A stretch of DNA of 64,000 nucleotides. Source: Lingula anatina. Its lineage: Eukaryota; Animalia; Brachiopoda. The DNA lies in contig CM120647.1 in NCBI GenBank assembly GCA_051362555.1, positions 17,956,651-18,020,650 on the forward strand, in the 5' to 3' direction. Of this stretch, positions 55,842 through 64,000 are shown piece by piece (the stretch's first letter is position 1; every line of letters starts with the position of its first letter). The position numbers and the translations under genes are program-made. The notes under the pieces are model-generated. The model was not told the origin of the DNA and did no database searches. It saw nothing but the letters and a program-made list of their open reading frames with translations.

Positions 55842-56157
55842 AAGCTACTAAATAGTTCTTGATCAAAACCTTTTAACCATTTTAATATACATATACGCAT
55901 ATGATTTTTGTTGTTTTGCTTTCACGTCCACTTCATAACAGTTTTTAATTAAAGGGTGCTTTCCTTAACATGGAAATTTTGGCAGACATTTTTAGAGAGG
56001 TGATTGCACTTGTATCAAAATACACTGCTTATTGACAAATACATGTACCCTATAGGTTATTTAGTACACATAGAGAAATTATTTAAAGGGAAATTGTACT
56101 TACCTCCAACAGGATATGTCCCAATAATAGAGCACCAATGATACAAATTGAATTCAT
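46911..56157 (-). CDS. Astacin (M12A) metalloprotease with EGF-like and CUB domains (BP10/SpAN/NAS-like), about 532 aa
   Basis: Exons 56157-56104, 54990-54793, 53708-53492, 53212-53074, 50042-49964, 49486-49283, 48983-48851, 48628-48494, 48201-48089, 47635-47499, 47100-46911 are in frame (1599 nt). Signal MNSICIIGALLLG, furin site RKKRRRRKR, TCVRF, HELGHVLGLLH, Met-turn SVMHY, EGF CVCPDGLTGALC, CUB CGG..PNY..CTWLI. Confidence 0.9.
50269..51924 (+). mobile_element. Full-length Tc1-like DD34E transposon with inactivated transposase, antisense in an astacin intron
   Basis: TIRs cagggttaccacttaatatggaatatt / aatattccatattaagtagcaaccctg flanked by (TA)n. Motifs VVFSDE, YQDDWATPH and WPANS-PDMNPIE; in-frame stops and a frameshift near 51397. 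Confidence 0.92.
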
Positions 56158-58576
56158 AGTATAAATGTTGATCCTCTCAGTTCACTTATTTTTCACTGTC
56201 TTCCAGAAAAACGTGCGATCTCTTTGAGCGTTGACATAAGAATAATTGTTGACCGTAAAATGTATAATTTGCAACGCGGTTTTTTTGTATGAAAGAAGTG
56301 TCAAATAATGTTTGTAGTATTCGGTTTAAAATCAGGATCGATGCATTTATATTGTATGGAGTATGTATTCACACGTGCATAGAACACTGGCTTATTCGTA
56401 CAAAAACGATGATTGTACCACACCGTGCTTTCGTGTAGTAAGCTCACATAGTACCGAAAATATGCAGAGTTTTTGTCGCGGTTGCTTTACTTCCTCGTCA
56501 CGCGCTATTCACTAGGTAACCATGGCAGCAATGCGAGAGTATCATTGTTTGTACATCGAAGAGAGACATTCTGTAAATGTTCTGTAGATTTCCATTCATA
56601 AGTAGATTCGAATTCTTAAAGTATTACCACGCAGACATCCCTTAGAGGTATATTGTTCTTACACTGAATACCAAAGTGAAGAAATTATAACAAGCATGTT
56701 CTTGTAATTTGTATATGAGGTACATGTATAAACTATATAGATTTACGTTAATGGCACCTTTAAAAAAAAAAGATAATAGAAATAAATAAAATTAGATCAA
56801 TGACATTTTAAGAATCAGACAATTTTTTTTCTTTTAGTTTTAGAATGTTATTTTTTTATATCTTTTTATTCATTTATGAATTTATTACCCAACACGCATG
56901 CTCCGTGTGGCCAGCGCTAGGTTTTCCAAAATAATTTAAGAAGGAGGAAAAAAAGAAAATGATATATGCCACGTTGCAATACAGTTTGAAAAGGTTAAGC
57001 TCTTAACTTTTTATCTGAAATGCACCCTTTTTAAACACAGTGTACGTAGTGATATATTTGTAAATTAACCTTTTCGGCAATCGTTTCTCACACGTTGGAG
57101 GTAAACAATGCGTCGCACAGTGTCAAGGGTCACACTGTAGATGGTTCTGGGGGATATAAAAGGGAACATTAAGCCTGGTCAATACTAGCAATATTGCCCC
57201 ATTGAAGTGGTTTACCTGAGTCATATCTGGGTTAATCTGGGAAAACAACAACCGCACCCAGATGTTTATTGTTGACGAGTACAGTTTAAAGGGAAATAAA
57301 CAAACTTGTAGTTCAGTTCGTTCACTTTTAAGTAAAAACAAGTGGACAGTGCATGTACTCTCTCCCACAGTTCTTCCAACTGTTACAAATACTGGAACTA
57401 TAAAGTCTATATGAAGTTCTTACAGTAAGAAGACTTCTGATTAAGAGTTCGTACATGAAGGCAACTAAGGTTGACTATTTATCCAGCCCGTGTGCGGGGA
57501 GACGGGGAGGAGGGGGGAAGAACTACACTTTCCACGGGCAAATGTCTACATGCATTTTGACCCAGAATTTGATCTAAGTTATTTTACATTTCTTATGGTA
57601 CGTTAACCTAGTGGATACAGAATAGGTCCATTTTATTAGAAGAAGTACCTCCTTAAGAAAATGTTGACTTCAGGTAATGCTATCCAGGTTGTTCTGGTTC
57701 TGGATGTTATTCTGTTCAAAGTCTGACTTTTTTACGTCATTGAGCAATTCTTCATTGAATAGTGAGTCATGTATGACTGTTTTCATGATCTTGGGTCAAT
57801 ATGCCTTCAATGTAATTGATTCCATTTTCAATGACGAGTATCTTTAATATGCAATATACAATTAATATACGGATTCTACTTGCTACAGGCAGTGATTTTT
57901 ATTTGCGTTTTATCAGTGGAAACATAAGATTGTGAACAAAGGCAAAGTTGTTCTTGTAAGAGTGACAAAAAGCTGAAATTTTGAGTTATTCAATTCTTCG
58001 TTTAAAGTTACGTTTATAAAACCGGTCGTCACAGATAAACATTTGTTCTTTACTTATTTTTTGGGGAATAGCCGAGCAACAATGATCTCTATTTCCAAAG
58101 AAAGCAGTAAAAATGTCGGGGTACCCACCATCGTTATGAATTTACTAATGAGCAGCTAAGCAACATTAGGGCGCGTTAATATTTGTGATATCCAAAATTA
58201 ATAAGTCAAGCCTTTTCTTTTCCCATACGGAATTCAAGAAATCGTAAGCAAACAGTGAATATATCAAAAGCATTGTCCCTCCTATAGAATGACGACTATG
58301 CGAGAAGAATGGGCATTGTGTTCCAAGAAACGGGGACTTCTTTCATTCCAGTGCGAGATTAACTCCTGAAAAGAAGACATAAAAAATCCTTGTTACTAAC
58401 CGGGGCATACGTGTAGGAAAACGTTAGATCTAAAAAGAATAATCTATTTATTGTCTTTGTACTTAACAAAGAGAAACACAAATTAGTGAAAAAAATAACG
58501 CTGTAGTTACAAATATCGCAGCAGTATTAAAAAAACTTATTATTATTGATAAAAATATCATATTAAAATCATTACC

Positions 58577-59415
58577 TCACACCCTCACGGCAGTGACAAC
58601 TGGGACGTGAGCACAGAACTCTGCGACAGTGGCGCCCATCTGCGGCAGAACTTGTTCTTTTTTCAGTGGTGGCCAAACGACACGGAAATGCTTCAAGATC
58701 TCGTTCACTGCGTTCTCGTTATTCTAAAAAGAAAGTGATAAAACGGCGAATGGAATGAAAAATGAGTTGTGATATGAAAGTGCAGATTACTGGTTGAAAA
58801 TAAGGAAAACGAGAAAAGACAAAGAAAGAAAACACATTTCAATTAATCCAAAACAATTTAATTTGGATAAATCATTGGTCATTATGTTTGCTATGTGAGC
58901 TACTGGTTCGTAAAAGAAAAATATGTAATGAAAAAATGTTATTACCACTGAAAGACTTAGTATATTCCATAAGTACCGCGCATTCTAATTTTTCTCACAA
59001 AGACCAGAAAAAAATGATAAGTTTGTTAAAAAGCGGCGACTCTGATAACAGGGTCGGTTGACAGAAATTACCATATAATAATAATAATAATAATAATAAA
59101 TTGATGAGATATTTTTTCAAAATTAAAATTAGCCGTGCTTGTTAGCCAACTAAACAATTTTCAGTTGAACACGTCCTTACTACTAGTGCCTACCTTGAGC
59201 TCATGTCGTATTTCCCCAAACTCTCTGTGACTGGATAACTTAGCACAGTAACACAACAACTCTATGCCGTCACGGGCCGTCACTGTCAGCTGGGGAACAG
59301 AAAATATCCGTAATGATAATCCACTTATTAAACCATATTTATGTCAGATACTTGTCACTTTTTATTGTGTCGTCGGTTAGAGGAAACTTACATTCATGTG
59401 TGACAAATCTCTCTC

Positions 59416-59454
<39 letters not shown>

Positions 59455-60216
59455 TTTTGTAAATAAATAATTTATTTTGTAAATATAAAAAGTTGGGGTA
59501 TATAAATATGTGGAATGTCTGTAAGTTTCATGTAATTTGCCTCCAGGACACGTCGTCTGATCTCTGCATTGATAACGTACAAGAAAAAAATTTTTTGAGC
59601 AACACCGAGTTTTCGTTTTTATGTGTAACTAAGGCTACCTGTACTTACACGCTTAGAGTCGAAGAGAACTTTGATCTTGTCACTGACGACAACAATCTCT
59701 TGCCCCACGGATAAGGAGGGCAGATTTTCCTCTTTCCACGAATCAGGATTCTGAAAACGTCATGTTTAGAGATAAAGAAGAAAGAGAAAGACAGACAGAG
59801 AGTCGTAACTGCAAGTAGTAATAGAACTGGTTACGTTGAATTTAATAATACCAGTTAAGCAAAAACACTTAAACCACAAGAGAGGTTTGTTTATTCTGAA
59901 AGTAAAAGTAAACTTGCTTGACTTCTTTATTAACATGATATGGTTGATTAAGAAGTAACAAAAAACTCATTTTTTTAAACAAAATTAAGAAAATTTTGAC
60001 GGTAAATATAACTAAGAAGATTTTTTAATGACAATAATTCTAAAAGGCAATTCAAAACGACAAAAACAATATGAGTTTTCGAAAATAACAATAATTAATT
60101 TACTAATTAATTAATTAAATGGGGAATTATCAATTTTGCGCACTTACTTCAGGCTCCGGGACAGAGGCCCCGGAGGCCACAACCACGACAGTCAGCAGAA
60201 GGCCGAGACGGAACAT
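58577..60216 (-). CDS. Small secreted BRICHOS-domain-like protein, 137 aa
   Basis: Exons 60216-60148, 59750-59649, 59289-59194, 58723-58577, all joined in phase 0 at GT-AG sites: MFRLGLLLTVVVVASGASVPEPENPDSWKEENLPSLSVGQEIVVVSDKIKVLFDSKRLTVTARDGIELLCYCAKLSSHREFGEIRHELKNNENAVNEILKHFRVVWPPLKKEQVLPQMGATVAEFCAHVPVVTAVRV*. The pattern hhhD...ARD...CY...G..V..FC..VP matches BRICHOS by eye. Confidence 0.72.
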
Positions 60217-61063
60217 GACTTCCCTCCTGTACAGTCCGCTCCCTATGTTCAACAGTTAGAAAGTCTGCGTCTTCTTGTACTCTTAACTTCTCACCGGCTG
60301 TTTTTCTTCTCCAGTGTGCAAACCCAGTGAGTCAACATTTCATTGAATGTTATCGACTTGATTGAGTATTTAAGTGGGAGAAAATTTATTCTGGCGTCTT
60401 TTTTTTTCACACATTTCTTTTTGTTCGTTTTAAATCAAGTCCTGATAAGGAGGTTTCTAATGCATTAATAACAAATTTGTCTTTTCCGTCGTTGGTGCGG
60501 CTGGTGCAGCGCCAAATAAATTACGAAGTCTATGTAGTCTACTCTTTTGAATTCTCAAATTTAGTATGACAAGTCTGCGATATGAGCTGAAGACTCTTTT
60601 CATGTATCGCTTTTTTGTGCATGTAATTTTTTTTACCTAATTTCGAAGCATATGACCTTATTTTGACTAGGGTCTCATTTCCCTATCGTATTGCTTTTTA
60701 AGTCGTTTCCAATCGCAAAAATATCCAACAAGCAGCATGTATAGGCTGCCCTTACAAATCGCACAAATAATGATTTAATATCTTCCAAAAGTGCCGAAAG
60801 AAAACCGTAAGTGGGGTTATTTGAAATATTGACCCGCCAGATTGATGGCAGACCTCTATCTTTTCTTTCTTTGGAAGAGTGTTCATTTATATACTTTTCA
60901 TCTTGGTCTTCTCTATCGCAATTTCTTCACAAGACACAATCTAGCTGACCTTCTAGTATACATTCGCAACGGGTTTGACTGTTCTCTACCAGGGTCACAG
61001 CTAGATATTTGTTTGGACATTTACACTGTGCATTTTCTGTACTGTAGTTGGCGACAATTTCTG

Positions 61064-61111
<48 letters not shown>

Positions 61112-62460
61112 GTCCTCGCCCAGCTGTCTTCTGGTATAAAAAAGGTTTTACTCCTGTCTGCCACAGGCAGGTTGGGTGATGACGTACATGTTGGGCAGAA
61201 ATTCTCGCTGAACGCAGTTCAGTTATGAACATATTAACTGCTGGAAATTTGAAATCACATTTTTTCTCGTGGAAAAATTCTTTGTGACCCTGGCAGGGGT
61301 TTACAGGAAGGAACTCGATATTACGGAGTACGGAGGATGGGTGGCTCTCTCGGCGCAGTCGTTGGGACTGGATTTATTACTTTTCGCATAGAAAAAGATA
61401 CAGTTAGTTTTAACTGTAAGCCTTTAAAGAAAAGTGATCGATTTGACAACAATGCATTGCTGATCATCATCCCTGAAAGCCTGAATCCTCAAAACTACAA
61501 AATAACTTTCCTTTCACTTCACTAATTAATACTAATGAAGACCGCGCTCTCTTTCCTCGGGACCGTAGCCAGGGGGAATTTGGGGGGGGGGGGTCGAATG
61601 AACCACCCTTTCTGCTGGGAAAAGGTTCACTATGGGTAAAATATTATCTACATACACGAGGATTTTTTAGTGAAAGGTCCACTTTTTCAACAAAACGAAC
61701 CCCCTTCTGAAATTACTGACTACTCTTCCTTTACAATGGGCACAAACAATTTCTCACTATATATTCAGATATTTTACAGCTATTCTTTTATTCAGAAAAG
61801 CATTTATTACGAAAAGTCAACGAATGCTGTTACAGTTACAAAACATTTTGACAAATATCAACATCCACAAAAGCAGGGAAAACATTGTACTACTTCTCTT
61901 GAATTTTCTCTGCTCTTCTTGAGATTTATATAGTCTTTGTAAAACACACAAGAGCAAGCTGTCACGTAAAAAATTACCTGCAATACAGCAGAAGACTCCA
62001 TGTAAATAAAGCACATAATATTTACACTTGATTCATTTACTGACGACTGATGGTCTATTCCATGAAACGTGTGTCTATTACTTCAGTCCATATCAGTCAC
62101 GCCAAAACGAGAAACAGAACTATAGAAACAAATATGCATTCGGAACATAATCAAAAATTGCAACTGAAAATAACATTAAGAAAAACAAAGAAAAAAAAAG
62201 AAAGTAACTGTTACAGAAACCCATTCAGTAAGGCAATAAAGTAGTTTCTCTTAACTCTCCCTGAATTCTTCATAAATATCATTTAAGAATTTCACAATCC
62301 ATAGTCTTTGGTAGCAGCCACTGCTGTCCTTTCTTTCCAAAATTCTTTCCCCCTCCATCCTTTTAACATGATGGTTATCATCCTCACACTCAAAATCAGT
62401 CCACAGATTTTTATATAATATAACCTAAGATTTATTCTAGCAGCCGATCCTATCGTCCAA

Positions 62461-64000
62461 TCAAAACTCGTCATGTTCAATATTACTAGCAGAGTCCCTA
62501 CTTGATCCAGAGTTTGGTTTCACAAAGATGCCCTCCATGGCCTGCCACAGGTTGGCGTCCGAGGGGGAGTGGTAGGCGCTGACCTCACGCTGGCCGTGGA
62601 TGGGACGACCAAATGTGTCCCCGGAGACGTGTAAATAACTAAAAAAATCAATTCAGAATTGTCAAAAACAGATCACAAAGTTTCTTAAAAGAATTAATGC
62701 TATGATAACCATCCTTTGTAAGTAGGCCTCTGGCCCTGTATTGCAAAAGACCAAATGTACAAAATATTGTAATTCAAAACATATACATGAAAATTGTACA
62801 ACACAGTCAGAGAAAATTAAATTCAGAATTGTCAAAAAATGGCCACAAAATTTTATAGCACATTCGATGATACAATAATTAGCCCCTGTAAATATGTCTC
62901 TGGCCCTATATTACAACTGACAATAATCAACAGTAATTATGATTTGTTAAATATGTGCATATGAAACTTGTACTTGGAAACTTTTAAGTTTAAAAAAACA
63001 AACATATTTAATACCATAAATTAAATGAAGAATTATTGTGACATAAGGGGGGCTATTTTATGTCTGAGTTCAAGGAAATGGCACTTTTCAGGCTTAGAAC
63101 TGACCATCATTTACTGATCATATCAAAACTGTCTGAGATAAAACTTGGAAGGCAATCAAGAACTTTAAATGTAAGGTAGGTGCATCTTGATCTCTGCAGA
63201 AAGGTAAACATAAAACTTCCTTGTAAAAGTTCAGTAATTGTGGAGCTGAATTCATAAATCATCCATCTTATGGTAACTTGATATTGACCCTTACTTCACA
63301 TTATTTTTTCTTTCTTTCTGTTATCTTTCCTTCTATTTTATACACATTTTATTTCTAGTTAAATTTTATCTGATTTTGGACAATGTCTAGATAGAAAATC
63401 CAACACTTACTGTTCTGTTACAACATGTTTTAGCCGGACAGGTTCAGTTCTGGACCAATATTTCCCACTACATGTCACTGCCCAGTGATCACCTAGAGAA
63501 TGACATTGTTTTATAACATACAGCAACACTTGCAAATGTACAGACAGGTGAAAGGACAATGATGAATACAATTCCTTTTCTTTTTATTGGAGAACAGTCA
63601 AGCACTAACAAAAAGCCTGATGTTAAACCCAATAAGTAAAGATTAAATGTTTCCAACAACTAATAAACTATAATTATGTATCACACACACACACACACAA
63701 AATAATACCATTCCTCCTCTAACAAAATAGTTACAAGCTAGACATATTCTGCTTTGACCATGAGAAATACAAAAATGAATCTATTCTCATTCCCAATTCT
63801 CTTTCACTTGTTTCAAATTTGGATTTTTAAAAACATTTAAATCCAGTTATCAGGCTACAGAATCACATCCTAATTTCCCAGCTACACTCCACTTGTCGTA
63901 CCTTCGTCACCCTCTCCTCCATCCCCAAATGCACTGACTTCCTGGTTTCTAGACAAAGGAGACTGGAAATGATGACTATGCAGATTCTTCTGTGTTGTGA
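62461..64000 (-). CDS. SDF2: Stromal cell-derived factor 2 / SDF2L1-like MIR-domain ER protein, last three exons (5' part outside the window)
   Basis: Exons 64000-63902, 63492-63411, 62638-62461 encode KNLHSHHFQSPLSRNQEVSAFG..GDHWAVTCSGKYW..RLKH..FGRPIHGQREV..WQAMEGIFVKP..HDEF*; the C-terminus resembles an ER-retrieval signal. Confidence 0.92.

Noticed and set aside
62649-62970. Degenerate duplication of about 170 bp in the SDF2 intron (similar one at about 14978-15205)
   Set aside because: An ordinary local tandem duplication with no sign of function.

Overview
AT-rich, intron-rich animal genomic DNA, probably a marine invertebrate (the taxon is inferred only from gene content). I assembled seven spliced genes by hand from GT-AG boundaries and reading frame. 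(1-3) A tandem array of three intact, secreted proteinase-K/aqualysin-type S8 subtilases on + (about 1.6-7.8, 17.7-25.3 and 27.7-34.6 kb); two carry a poly-Asn module after the signal peptide. (4) A Golgi carbohydrate 6-O-sulfotransferase on +. (5) An astacin-EGF-CUB metalloprotease on -. (6) A small secreted protein on - that looks like a stand-alone BRICHOS domain and is absent from the ORF track. (7) The 3' half of SDF2/SDF2L1 on -. Interspersed are three decayed LINEs, a full-length but broken Tc1 (DD34E), Helentron/DINE-like elements, several MITEs/hairpins, a 28-bp minisatellite and many microsatellites. The most interesting signals are the poly-Asn module that co-occurs with a dibasic site, the client-less BRICHOS protein, active-site and disulfide changes in the proteases, and the mosaic third paralog. 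All gene models and alignments are by eye; none were database-checked.
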